From positions 1 through 47,936 of the IMG/VR virus record IMGVR_UViG_3300031949_000063: a DNA stretch of 47,936 nucleotides; one strand, written 5' to 3'. This document shows positions 36,402 to 45,107 of the stretch, piece by piece. This DNA comes from a virus (taxonomy: Duplodnaviria > Caudoviricetes). Both the position numbers and the translations under genes were made by a program. The notes below the pieces were generated by a model. That model saw nothing but the letters and a program-made list of their open reading frames with translations. It searched no databases and was not told where the DNA came from. Position 1 is the stretch's first letter. Every line of letters starts with the position of its first letter.

Positions 36402-37052
36402 GTGACGGTCTCTTGCCCATATCTTCACAAGCCCGAGCCCTGCGCGCGCAGACAGAACTGGACGACTCCGGCTCCGAGCGATTGCCGGGAATGTGATTTT
36501 AGGGGGCGGCCGGCTACATCCACCGAAGCAGCAGCCCCGCCCGTGAAGACCCGCCCGAAAACCGAAACGATTACTCCGCCGAAGGAGGCCCCCGTGCCGA
36601 ACAAAATGACGCCGAAGGAGAGGTGCCTCGCGCTGCTGGCCCGAAACGGTTCCACTTCGCCGAGTCTGATGATGCAGCGCTGCCATATCTCCTCGGAGGA
36701 TCTGAAGGCGATCGTCGCCGAGGGGGAGATCAAGGCGTGGCCGTACCGTGGCATCCGCCAAAGGATGACGGTGATCTACACGCTTCCGGACGCGAAGGAC
36801 CCCCGCACGAAGGAGATGCTCGGGGGAGGAGTCGCGAAGTCGGAGAAGAAGGTGGCGCCGGCGAAGGCCACCGAGAAAAAGCCGGCGCGCGCCACGGGTG
36901 AACCTGTTGTTCGCAACAGGAAGCCGACCCCCTCCAATGGCTCCGGCTCAATCGCGGCGGTGATCGCCGACCTCGAGGCTCGCCGCGCGGAGGCGCTGGA
37001 CGCGGCAGAGAAGTACGACCGTGCGATCGATACGCTGAGGGCGCTGGCGTGA
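36402..37052 (+). CDS. Hypothetical, possible winged-helix protein (alternative start GTG 36594)
   Basis: Strong RBS before 36594; basic linker; C-terminal coiled coil. Confidence 0.5.
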   Translation: MTVSCPYLHKPEPCARRQNWTTPAPSDCRECDFRGRPATSTEAAAPPVKTRPKTETITPPKEAPVPNKMTPKERCLALLARNGSTSPSLMMQRCHISSEDLKAIVAEGEIKAWPYRGIRQRMTVIYTLPDAKDPRTKEMLGGGVAKSEKKVAPAKATEKKPARATGEPVVRNRKPTPSNGSGSIAAVIADLEARRAEALDAAEKYDRAIDTLRALA

Positions 37053-37279
37053 AGAACCTTCCCTGCTCCTGCGGCATCGTCACGCCCGACCCCTTGATCG
37101 TCGGCATCCAGGACGGCGTCGACGATCTTCCCCCACAGATCCTATGGAACTGCCTCAAGGGATCGACGCACGGGATTTTCAAGCCGCTGGCCACGCCGGA
37201 ACAATGGAGGATCGCGATGGACGTTGAGGATGCGGTCAGGCCGAAATCTCCAGAGATGATGGTGGGAGGCCGCCCGTAG
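37049..37279 (+). CDS. Hypothetical protein
   Basis: GTGA overlap with the upstream gene. Confidence 0.45.
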   Translation: MKNLPCSCGIVTPDPLIVGIQDGVDDLPPQILWNCLKGSTHGIFKPLATPEQWRIAMDVEDAVRPKSPEMMVGGRP

Positions 37280-37314
37280 ATGGAGCCCGCCCTGCGCCTG
37301 CCGATCTACCACCG

Positions 37315-39096
37315 ATGGAAGGGCCGCAGATGATCCTCCGCGCCGACGCAAGACATATCCCGTTGCGCGATGAGTCCGTTGACTCCATCGTTACCGATCC
37401 TCCCTATGAACTCGGTTTCATGGGGAAGAAGTGGGATTCCTCCGGTGTGGCGTACAGCGTGGACGTGTGGACCGAAGCGTTGCGCGTCCTTAAACCGGGC
37501 GGGCATCTGCTGGCGTTCGGAGGGTCCCGCACCTATCACCGGCTGGCATGTGCGATCGAGGATGCGGGGTTCGAGATTAGAGACCAAATGCAATGGATTT
37601 TTGGTCAAGGATTTCCGAAATCCAAGAATATAGGTTGCAGATGTGCTTCTGACGGTGTACGCTATAACCATGAGACTACATCCCAAAACATGCGAGATGT
37701 GCGGGAAATATTGGACGCCGAAGAACCGGTATCAGTCGAAGAGAAACAAGACGTGCTCAAGGCAATGCCTGAATCGCCTTCTACGAATAGTGGCTGGCAT
37801 GAAACCTGCCCCAGTACAGGAGCACAAGGGGAAGTCGAAGGCAACCTGCTCAGTATGCGGCACGGTGTTTTGGAGAAATTCAAGGCATCTGGCGAGAGTG
37901 TCACTCCCGGTTTGTTCGAGGATCTGCAACGGGAAGGTAAGGGCCAAGGATTTGATCCACTTCTCGGGGAACTGGAAGGGGAAGCACAGGCCGGGGAAAT
38001 ACGGCCCGAAGAATCCCGCGTGGAAGGGCGGGGTGACGTACAAGAGGCCCCACGGGAATTACAAGGGCGTGAAGTATGTCCGATGCCCGGAGAAGTTCAA
38101 GGCGATGGCCCGGAAGGACGGGTACGTGATGGAGCATCGCCTGATAATGGCCGAGAAGATCGGGAGGCCCCTGCTCCGGTCGGAAGTGGTGCATCATCGA
38201 GATCACAATCCCGCAAACAACACCCGCAAGAACCTCCTGATGTTCAATTCAAACGGGGAACACAAGAAGGCCGAGCCGAAACTTGCCCGAAGTGCGGGGG
38301 CCTGATTCAGTACAAAGGATTCGGGACAGCCTTAAAACCAGCACACGAGCCGCTTGTTCTCGCCCGCAAACCCCTCATCGGCACCGTCGCCGCGAACGTG
38401 CTGGCACGCGGGACGGGGGCGATCAACGTGGACGGATGCCGGGTGGGGACGGACGGCGGATGTCAAGGCGTAGGCGCAGGCGCAGGCGCGAGAGTCTTCA
38501 CCAACGCCCTGAACGGAACATTCGCCCCACCGGTGCCAGGATTGGGCCGCTGGCCCGCGAACGTCATCCACGACGGGAGTGAGGAAGTTGAGTCCCTATT
38601 TCCACAGACGACAAGCGGCGGGGATGGAGACAAGCGCGGCGGCTGTCAATTCTTTATGGGGGGCGACAAGCGGACGGAACCCGCCTATGGGCAACCGCGA
38701 GACTCCGGTTCCGCCGCCCGGTTCTTCTACTGCGCGAAGGCGAGCAAGGAGGACAGGGATTGGGCGCTGGAAGGGATGGAGGAAAGGAACGCCGACAATC
38801 GGCACGCCTATTCCGGACTTCCCGATTTACGGATGGACAAGGTGCAGGAACGCAAGTCGTCCCGCAACCACCACCCTACGGTGAAGCCCCTCGACCTGAT
38901 GCGCTACCTATGCCGCCTCGTGACGCCTCCGGGCGGGGTCGTGCTGGATCCGTTCGCAGGAAGCGGATCCACACTCCGGGGCGCGTTCCTCGAAGGATTC
39001 AAGCCCATCGGGATCGAGTTGGACGCGGAGTATTGCCGCATCGCAAGGGGCAGGATGAACCTGCTGACCCCGGCGATGGCGGGGTTGATGGGATGA
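37315..39096 (+). CDS. DNA N6-adenine/N4-cytosine methyltransferase (beta class) with a large internal insertion
   Basis: TDPPY, RVLKPGG, GFPKS, GTALKPAHEP, GRWPAN, HPTVKP and DPFAGSGST motifs, all in one open frame. Confidence 0.9.
   Translation: MEGPQMILRADARHIPLRDESVDSIVTDPPYELGFMGKKWDSSGVAYSVDVWTEALRVLKPGGHLLAFGGSRTYHRLACAIEDAGFEIRDQMQWIFGQGFPKSKNIGCRCASDGVRYNHETTSQNMRDVREILDAEEPVSVEEKQDVLKAMPESPSTNSGWHETCPSTGAQGEVEGNLLSMRHGVLEKFKASGESVTPGLFEDLQREGKGQGFDPLLGELEGEAQAGEIRPEESRVEGRGDVQEAPRELQGREVCPMPGEVQGDGPEGRVRDGASPDNGREDREAPAPVGSGASSRSQSRKQHPQEPPDVQFKRGTQEGRAETCPKCGGLIQYKGFGTALKPAHEPLVLARKPLIGTVAANVLARGTGAINVDGCRVGTDGGCQGVGAGAGARVFTNALNGTFAPPVPGLGRWPANVIHDGSEEVESLFPQTTSGGDGDKRGGCQFFMGGDKRTEPAYGQPRDSGSAARFFYCAKASKEDRDWALEGMEERNADNRHAYSGLPDLRMDKVQERKSSRNHHPTVKPLDLMRYLCRLVTPPGGVVLDPFAGSGSTLRGAFLEGFKPIGIELDAEYCRIARGRMNLLTPAMAGLMG
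37670..38305 (+). CDS. HNH endonuclease nested in the +1 frame inside the methyltransferase
   Basis: Two Zn-finger repeats (CxxC..CSxxC), NPAWKGG, YVMEHRLIM...EVVHHRDHNPANN...NL. Confidence 0.88.
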   Translation: MRLHPKTCEMCGKYWTPKNRYQSKRNKTCSRQCLNRLLRIVAGMKPAPVQEHKGKSKATCSVCGTVFWRNSRHLARVSLPVCSRICNGKVRAKDLIHFSGNWKGKHRPGKYGPKNPAWKGGVTYKRPHGNYKGVKYVRCPEKFKAMARKDGYVMEHRLIMAEKIGRPLLRSEVVHHRDHNPANNTRKNLLMFNSNGEHKKAEPKLARSAGA

Positions 39097-39145
39097 TCGC
39101 CATCCGTAAGGTCGACAAGTTCTGGTTCGTGGACCTGCTGGCGGG

Positions 39146-40291
39146 ATGAAGGGAAAGGCTTTTTACAACGAGATCGACCCGCGGGGTGCGGCGACCCTGC
39201 GGGAGCTGATCCGGAGGGGGATCATCGCCCCCGGCGACGTAGACGAAAGGAGCATCGAGGATGTCCGACCAGCCGATCTTGCCGGGTATGCACAGTGCCA
39301 CTTCTTCGCTGGCGCTGGCGTCTGGTCTTACGCCTTACGGTGCGCCGGCTGGCCCGACGACCGCCCCGTGTGGACTGGATCCTGCCCTTGCCAGCCTTTC
39401 AGCGCGGCAGGCAAAGGAGCGGGGGTTGCTGACGAGCGGCACCTATGGCCGGCGTGGGACTGGCTCATCGGACAGCGCCGACCTCATGTCGTCTTTGGTG
39501 AGCAGGTTGAAAGCGCGGTCCTCCATGGCTGGCTCGACCTTGTTCAATCTGACCTGGAAGGAAAAGGTTACGCCCTCGGGTCGATCGGTCTACCTGCTGC
39601 GGGCTTCGGTGCGCCGCACGGCCGGGCTCGGATTTACTTCGTGGCGGAGTCCGGCGGCGGGAGACTCGATCCGGGGTGTTCATCCGAACCCGGATGCGAG
39701 GGCGGGGCGGCATTCACTGAACAACGAGGCGGCGTTGTCTGGATGGCCGACGCCGGATACCCGACCGGATGCACCGAACAGCGGCACGAACCGGGGGAAG
39801 AACTGGGGCGGGGAGAGGCCGCGCCTAACGGTGCAGGGGCTCGGGAACGCGGCGCAGTTAGCGACTTGGCCGACACCTCGAACCCCGACAGGCGGCCCGG
39901 AGAGCGGGGAGAGGAAACAGGAACTCGGCCGGACGGAGAGCGGCGGCGGGGATCTGCAAGCGGTCGCTCTGATGGCATCGTGGGCAACCCCATCCAGCCG
40001 GGACTGGAAGGACACCCCGGGTATGAGCGAGACGGGGACGAACCCGGATGGGAGCAGCCGGACGCGTCTCGACCAGCTCCCGCGCCAGGTGCAGTTAACG
40101 GTTTCTGGGGGGGGGCAGAGTGGATTCCCTGCCGAGATGGAAAAGCCCGGCCAGTTGAACCCGGCACATTCCCGCTGGCTCATGGGGCTACCGCCCGTGT
40201 GGGACGACTGCATCTGTACGGCAATAGCATCGTTGCCCCGGTCGCGGAAGCGTTCGTGAGGGCGTATATGGACCTGCTGGCGAGAGCGTGA
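39146..40291 (+). CDS. C5 cytosine DNA methyltransferase, alpha polypeptide
   Basis: Motif I FFAGAG, motif IV SCPCQPFS, motif VI EQV, motif VIII HGRARIY, motif X YGNSIV; motif IX not evident. Confidence 0.88.
   Translation: MKGKAFYNEIDPRGAATLRELIRRGIIAPGDVDERSIEDVRPADLAGYAQCHFFAGAGVWSYALRCAGWPDDRPVWTGSCPCQPFSAAGKGAGVADERHLWPAWDWLIGQRRPHVVFGEQVESAVLHGWLDLVQSDLEGKGYALGSIGLPAAGFGAPHGRARIYFVAESGGGRLDPGCSSEPGCEGGAAFTEQRGGVVWMADAGYPTGCTEQRHEPGEELGRGEAAPNGAGARERGAVSDLADTSNPDRRPGERGEETGTRPDGERRRGSASGRSDGIVGNPIQPGLEGHPGYERDGDEPGWEQPDASRPAPAPGAVNGFWGGAEWIPCRDGKARPVEPGTFPLAHGATARVGRLHLYGNSIVAPVAEAFVRAYMDLLARA
39261..40259 (+). CDS. Overlapping +1-frame polypeptide (beta subunit-like) of the C5 methyltransferase
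   Basis: Has its own RBS and ATG; four W-x-[TS]-P repeats; motif IX-like LNPAHSRWLMGLP. Confidence 0.75.
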   Translation: MSDQPILPGMHSATSSLALASGLTPYGAPAGPTTAPCGLDPALASLSARQAKERGLLTSGTYGRRGTGSSDSADLMSSLVSRLKARSSMAGSTLFNLTWKEKVTPSGRSVYLLRASVRRTAGLGFTSWRSPAAGDSIRGVHPNPDARAGRHSLNNEAALSGWPTPDTRPDAPNSGTNRGKNWGGERPRLTVQGLGNAAQLATWPTPRTPTGGPESGERKQELGRTESGGGDLQAVALMASWATPSSRDWKDTPGMSETGTNPDGSSRTRLDQLPRQVQLTVSGGGQSGFPAEMEKPGQLNPAHSRWLMGLPPVWDDCICTAIASLPRSRKRS

Positions 40292-40304
40292 GGGAGGGGT
40301 AGCC

Positions 40305-41006
40305 ATCAAATACGTCAACCATATGTCGAGTTCCGTGGAAGACGAAAAACATGAGGCCTTAATAGAGAAATGCGGCATGGAAGGGTATGGCGCCTACTGG
40401 GTCGTGGCGGAGAAGATCGCGGCACAGATCCGGCCCGAATGCGTGTCCACTTCCTTGACCCTTTCTTGGCGAAATTGGGCTCGCCACCTCCGAACCTCGA
40501 CTCAAAAGACGCAGTTTCTGCTGAGGTCTATGAGTGAGGCTCGATTGGTTAGCCTTACCGAGTTGAACGGTTCCGTCAAGGTTGACATGCCTAACATATT
40601 GAAATATGCGGACGAATATACCCGCAAACTCCTGACAAAATCCCGACAAACTCCTGACAAACTCCGGAGCGACACCGGATCCCCGGCAGTACCGGCCTTA
40701 CCGGCAGTACCGGAAGAACAAGATCTTAAACCTATTGCTCCGACTCCGGAGAAAGGAAACGGCTCCGGGTCGAAGCCGAAGGCATGGGTAAATCTCATTT
40801 CCTGGAATCAGGACAAGGGCTGCTTCGAAGGGATCACCCCTGAGATCGTCGAGAAGTGGGAGAAGGCGTACCCGGCGGTGGACCTAAACTCCCAACTGAA
40901 CAGGGCCGATGAATGGCTGAAAGCAAACCCCACGAAACAGAAAAGTAACTACTACCGCTTTGTAATCAACTGGTTATCGAGGGCGCAGGAAAGGGGCGGG
41001 AGGTAA
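40305..41006 (+). CDS. Replication initiator protein (ATG 40323 or non-canonical ATC 40305)
   Basis: N-terminal GMEGYGAYW HTH-like domain, central iterons, C-terminal W...YP.VD...WL..NP.K...RF..NWLSR domain. Confidence 0.75.
   Translation: MKYVNHMSSSVEDEKHEALIEKCGMEGYGAYWVVAEKIAAQIRPECVSTSLTLSWRNWARHLRTSTQKTQFLLRSMSEARLVSLTELNGSVKVDMPNILKYADEYTRKLLTKSRQTPDKLRSDTGSPAVPALPAVPEEQDLKPIAPTPEKGNGSGSKPKAWVNLISWNQDKGCFEGITPEIVEKWEKAYPAVDLNSQLNRADEWLKANPTKQKSNYYRFVINWLSRAQERGGR
40625..40668 (+). repeat. Four tandem 11-bp iterons (putative replication origin)
   Basis: CAAACTCCTGA, CAAAATCCCGA, CAAACTCCTGA, CAAACTCCGGA. Confidence 0.75.
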
Positions 41007-41455
41007 TGGACTACGCAAGAGCCGTGCAGAGGGCGCAGGAAGAGGATCAGAAAGACACTGAAAATAAAGGGATAAAAGGTCAGTGCGCCTTCAAGTCTCA
41101 CTTCGGACAATGTGGGTTGCGCGGGACCATCGGGACCTCGGGGGCCAAAGGTGGAACCTGGTATTGCTCACTCCATAATCGGGTCCTTTGCCGAGAAGTA
41201 GATGGCGTTGGAAGACTTCACGACTTGGAGGGGATCCGGATCCAGAACAGCATCGACGGAATGCGGCGGGTGATCCGGATCGAGCGGGAGCAGGGAGCTA
41301 CCAGGTGGGATCACCGATCGATCGAGGAATGGTGGGAGCGGGCCGACGGAACGATCCAACCGGCGCCTCTTCCGGCCGGATGCGCGAACGTGCCGGGCGA
41401 GAAGGGGCCGAACAGTGGGGATGTAGATGATCAATTGAAGCTCATTGAAGCCTGA
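41006..41455 (+). CDS. Hypothetical Cys/His protein downstream of the initiator
   Basis: TAATG coupling; C..C..WYC..H pattern. Confidence 0.55.
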   Translation: MDYARAVQRAQEEDQKDTENKGIKGQCAFKSHFGQCGLRGTIGTSGAKGGTWYCSLHNRVLCREVDGVGRLHDLEGIRIQNSIDGMRRVIRIEREQGATRWDHRSIEEWWERADGTIQPAPLPAGCANVPGEKGPNSGDVDDQLKLIEA

Positions 41456-42155
41456 CGAACCGCACCCCATAAAAGAGAAGGAGGAAGAAATGCTCGAAAG
41501 TTTCGCGCTGAACGGCAGAGTCGGCGACATCGGCATCAAGGACAAAACGATCGAGGTGAAGCTCGTCTTCCCGAACGACGAGCGGACGCAGGACGAGTTG
41601 GCGTTCCTGTTCCCGATCAAGAAGGGGTTGGCCACCGTCCGGATCATTGCCGCGGTGAATGTGGGGTACACGCCGGGCCGGCGCCGGTCCGATCGGGACG
41701 AGATGGGCACGCCGCTGTTGCCAGGGGTGGTCGACATGAACGAACTTTGCCACGCCTGCGGCCGGACCGTGGACTGCGTGAACGAGCCGTTCTTCGCGAA
41801 GCCGGTGGACGGCGGCAAGGAGATCATCCTATGCGATGCGTGCTACCGGGTGCCGCAGCCGGAGGAGATCGAGACGCCGCCGGCGACAGAGGGCGCACCC
41901 GGGGATCCGCCGGCCGATGGTTCCTCCCCCGCGCAGCTCGAGCAGGCCGCGGACACGATCCTCGAGGGGGACCCGCCTGCGCCGAAGGTCTGCGTTTCCT
42001 GTGGCCATCCGCACGGCGAGCCGTTCGTGAAGGAGGGCGGGGAGAAGCGCGTGAAGCATCCCTGTACGACCGTCGAGGGGGACGCGGGAGTCTTCGAGCG
42101 GTGCCCGTCGTGCGGCGCGATGAACCAGTTCCCGGAGGAAGGGGGCGAGGGGTGA
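41445..42155 (+). CDS. Hypothetical protein with Zn ribbons
   Basis: Four CxxC pairs; start position uncertain. Confidence 0.55.
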   Translation: MKPDEPHPIKEKEEEMLESFALNGRVGDIGIKDKTIEVKLVFPNDERTQDELAFLFPIKKGLATVRIIAAVNVGYTPGRRRSDRDEMGTPLLPGVVDMNELCHACGRTVDCVNEPFFAKPVDGGKEIILCDACYRVPQPEEIETPPATEGAPGDPPADGSSPAQLEQAADTILEGDPPAPKVCVSCGHPHGEPFVKEGGEKRVKHPCTTVEGDAGVFERCPSCGAMNQFPEEGGEG

Positions 42156-42814
42156 AGGTTCGCCCTTCAGAGATCGACGTGGCGAAGGGAATCATCGGTT
42201 ACCTCACCGGTCTCCAGTGGGAGGTGTTCCAGGAGGTTTCGATTAGCAGCGGCGGCCCACGCGCCGACATCGTGGCGCGGCAGAATTCCATCGTCTGGAT
42301 CATCGAGACCAAGACGACGTTCGGGCTTCCGGTGATCGAACAGGCGCGGCGTTGGGAAATATATTCCCACTTGGTCTCCGTCGCCACCCCGTCGCATGTC
42401 GGTGAGTTCGGGAAGGAGGTCTGCCGTCTCTTTGGCGTCGGGATCCTATCGGCGGGCCGCACCTATTCGGACGGAAGTGGAACGACAGAGGTCCTACGCC
42501 CCAGGTTGAATCGACGCCCACTGCGGCTCCCGAAACTATGTGAGGAGCACAAGACCTACGCGCCGGCAGGGACCAACGGCGGCGGGTACTTTACCCCATA
42601 CAACCGGACATGCCGCGACGTGCTGTCTGCGGTGACGCGCGAACCGGGGATTACGATGAAAAAGCTGGTCGACATAGTCGATCACCATTATGCCAGCGAC
42701 ACCACGGCCAGGAACTGTCTGCGCAACTGGATCAAGTGGGACAAGGTGCCAGGCGTCGAGATCCGATACGAGGGAAACAAGATGTTCGTACACCCGAAGG
42801 AGGCCACGCCATGA
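42152..42814 (+). CDS. PD-(D/E)xK nuclease-like protein
   Basis: QEV...RADIV...IIETK...Q motif; GTG start. Confidence 0.65.
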   Translation: MKVRPSEIDVAKGIIGYLTGLQWEVFQEVSISSGGPRADIVARQNSIVWIIETKTTFGLPVIEQARRWEIYSHLVSVATPSHVGEFGKEVCRLFGVGILSAGRTYSDGSGTTEVLRPRLNRRPLRLPKLCEEHKTYAPAGTNGGGYFTPYNRTCRDVLSAVTREPGITMKKLVDIVDHHYASDTTARNCLRNWIKWDKVPGVEIRYEGNKMFVHPKEATP

Positions 42815-43023
42815 CCTTCATCCTCGACACATCCAAGGTCCGCGAGCTGGCGAAGCCGTCGCACGCCCGCTGTCACGGGAACGGTATCTCCGGGTACACG
42901 GGCGGCGGGACGAAGGCCATCGTCTGCCGGTGCGTCTGGCGGGCGCTGGAGGCGAAGGGGGTCCACCCAGGGAATGCGTCGGCGGTGCGGAAGGCGCTCG
43001 GGAGAGAGGAGGCGGTGGTATGA
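42811..43023 (+). CDS. Small Cys-containing protein
   Basis: RBS AAGGAGG; RCHG.G...CRC. Confidence 0.55.
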   Translation: MTFILDTSKVRELAKPSHARCHGNGISGYTGGGTKAIVCRCVWRALEAKGVHPGNASAVRKALGREEAVV

Positions 43024-43400
43024 ATCCGAACTTTTACGCTTGGGGCATGGCGATCGGGATCGTGTTGATGCTTGGAATTATCGCGTTGGTTTGGTGGTCC
43101 TGCCGTGAACCGAAGCCTAAGGACGACCCAGATGCCTTTGCTCACACAAAGGACGTGGCTTCCTGTGACGGCTGCGGGTGCCTGCTTCTCAAGGGGCCGA
43201 AGTATAAGCAACCGTCGAGCGTAGAGTTGGATATTTGGCGCAATTATCGTGGTGGGTTGTGGATTCTCGAACCTGAGTGGAAAGAAGTTATACGCGAGCA
43301 CTACCTATGCCTCCGCTGTCAGGTGGACGGGGTGCCTCCAGCGAAGATTGCGGAGTCAATCGATGAGGCTCATGCGGCGCGGGAGGCGAAGGCGTGCTGA
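43020..43400 (+). CDS. Membrane-anchored Zn-finger protein
   Basis: N-terminal TM helix and two CxxC motifs. Confidence 0.55.
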   Translation: MNPNFYAWGMAIGIVLMLGIIALVWWSCREPKPKDDPDAFAHTKDVASCDGCGCLLLKGPKYKQPSSVELDIWRNYRGGLWILEPEWKEVIREHYLCLRCQVDGVPPAKIAESIDEAHAAREAKAC

Positions 43401-43987
43401 TCCTCGGCGTCGACCCCGGGCCTCTGCGCTCCGCTGGCGTCCTGATCTCGGAGAAGTTCGAGGTCGTCGTGGCGGAGGTGTTCGGTAACGAGATCTTGAT
43501 CGGCCACGTCAAGCGCGGCGCTTGGGATGGGGTGGCGGTCGAGTCGATTCAGTCGTACGGGATGTCGGTGGGCCGCGAGGTCTTCGACACCTGCTACATG
43601 ATCGGGCGCATCCAGCAGGCCTGCAAGGACAAGGGGATGCCCTGCACGCTCTACCCACGGCAGGAGTACCTGCGCAGGATTTGCGGTGGAAGCCACACAA
43701 AGGATTCGATCCTCCGCCAGGCGCTCGAACTGCGCTTCGGCGGGTACGGGGAGACGGCCACCACCGAGGTGATCCCCGCGGGGGAGGAGGGCGCCGGGAT
43801 CTACATCAACGGTCCGCGGAAGGGGCAGCGGCGCGTCCGTACGGTGCGGATCCCGGAGCCGCTCCACGCGCTGAACTGCTCCGACAAACGCAGCGCGTTC
43901 GCCGTGGCCACGTACCACGTCGACGTGACAACGCACGAGAGGAGGACCGCGAATGTACCGCGACCTGAAGCCCTGCATCCGGTGTAA
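43394..43987 (+). CDS. RuvC-like Holliday junction resolvase
   Basis: ILGVDPG, AVE and D..SAFAVA RNase H-fold motifs. Confidence 0.65.
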   Translation: MLILGVDPGPLRSAGVLISEKFEVVVAEVFGNEILIGHVKRGAWDGVAVESIQSYGMSVGREVFDTCYMIGRIQQACKDKGMPCTLYPRQEYLRRICGGSHTKDSILRQALELRFGGYGETATTEVIPAGEEGAGIYINGPRKGQRRVRTVRIPEPLHALNCSDKRSAFAVATYHVDVTTHERRTANVPRPEALHPV

Positions 43988-44195
43988 GGGGACTGGCAAG
44001 GTGCCGATTGAGATACTGAGCCAGGACCGCCAGGACCACACGGTCATCGGGATGGCGAAGTGCCACGGATGCGGGGGCACGGGAAAGGTGCCGGTGATGC
44101 CGCCCACCGAGCTGGAGCGGATTCTCTTCGGCGATCCGGACGCAACGCCGCCGCAGGGCGTGATCTATGAAAACGAGAAGGAGGCCGCGAAATGA
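43953..44195 (+). CDS. DnaJ-type Zn-finger protein
   Basis: Two CxxCxGxG motifs. Confidence 0.65.
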   Translation: MYRDLKPCIRCKGTGKVPIEILSQDRQDHTVIGMAKCHGCGGTGKVPVMPPTELERILFGDPDATPPQGVIYENEKEAAK

Positions 44196-44497
44196 GGCTA
44201 TACCGAGTGCCAATGTTGAACGACTACCCAGAGTTCCGCGGCCAGTTTCTCTTCAGCACGATGTCCTCCGAGCTTGCGTTCCTCGACGCGAAGGGCCACA
44301 TACACCTGTTCAAATCGGAGATCCAAGGGGCGATCTTGGCCGCGTTCATGGAGCGGGAGGTGCGGCCCGCGCCGGAGCGCGAGCACGAGTTCCTGCCGAG
44401 GATCAATGAGCCGACACCCGCCGTCGTCCGCACGATGGTACCCATCGAGGCGTACGTCTCAAGCATCGAGCGGCTGGCGAGGGCGATACGCGGATGA
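44192..44497 (+). CDS. Hypothetical protein
   Basis: ATGA coupling and RBS. Confidence 0.55.
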   Translation: MRLYRVPMLNDYPEFRGQFLFSTMSSELAFLDAKGHIHLFKSEIQGAILAAFMEREVRPAPEREHEFLPRINEPTPAVVRTMVPIEAYVSSIERLARAIRG

Positions 44498-44670
44498 CGT
44501 TCCGCCCCCGACTTGTTCCTTGCCCGAACGGATGCACGACGTTCCTCGGCGAGGAGAGTCGGGGCGTGCGGGTCGAATATGCGACGAACCCGGATTGCCC
44601 GCTGTGCCGTGGACGCGGCGAGGTCATCGAGATCGAGAGGGACGGGGAACCACGGGAGAAGGGAGATTGA
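44494..44670 (+). CDS. Small Zn-finger protein (not in the ORF track)
   Basis: MTFRPRLVPCPNGC...CPLCRGRG; ATGA coupling. Confidence 0.55.
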   Translation: MTFRPRLVPCPNGCTTFLGEESRGVRVEYATNPDCPLCRGRGEVIEIERDGEPREKGD

Positions 44671-45107
44671 GGACCCTCCGTCAGCACGTCGAGGAAGCCG
44701 AGCGGATCATGTCGATCTGCGGCGTGAAGACCTTGATCCCCCATAAAGGACGGCCCGCACCAAAGCGGGTGAACGCGGACAACGAGCAGCTGGAGTACGC
44801 GACCGACGTCCGCAAGATCGTCGAGGAGAACGACCGGACGAGCTATGCGGGGGGCTACCTGCGGGCCTCGGACGACGTGGCGGGCACCTATTGGAACTCG
44901 ATCCCGGAGCACTCGGTCTGCCCGCTATGTATGGGGCGTGCCCCGGCGGAGCGGATCGGGAAAGGGAAGGTGTTCTGCAAGCCTTGCGGGTCGTTCGTAC
45001 ATCCGAAGAACCTGCGGGGGCTGGTGGCGGCGGACATCCGGGCGATGCGGAATGCCTTGATCAAGGGCAAGATCCGATGCAGGGCGGGGAGGGGGGAGCG
45101 GGAATGA
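44667..45107 (+). CDS. Hypothetical Zn-ribbon protein (late regulator position)
   Basis: TTG start overlapping the upstream stop; CPLC...CKPC. Confidence 0.45.
   Translation: MRTLRQHVEEAERIMSICGVKTLIPHKGRPAPKRVNADNEQLEYATDVRKIVEENDRTSYAGGYLRASDDVAGTYWNSIPEHSVCPLCMGRAPAERIGKGKVFCKPCGSFVHPKNLRGLVAADIRAMRNALIKGKIRCRAGRGERE

Noticed and set aside
37630-38320. Intein or group I intron explanation for the methyltransferase insert
   Set aside because: The nuclease is out of frame with the host protein, no C-terminal HN-C/S/T was found, and no room remains for an intron core outside the HNH ORF. Not formally excluded without RT-PCR.
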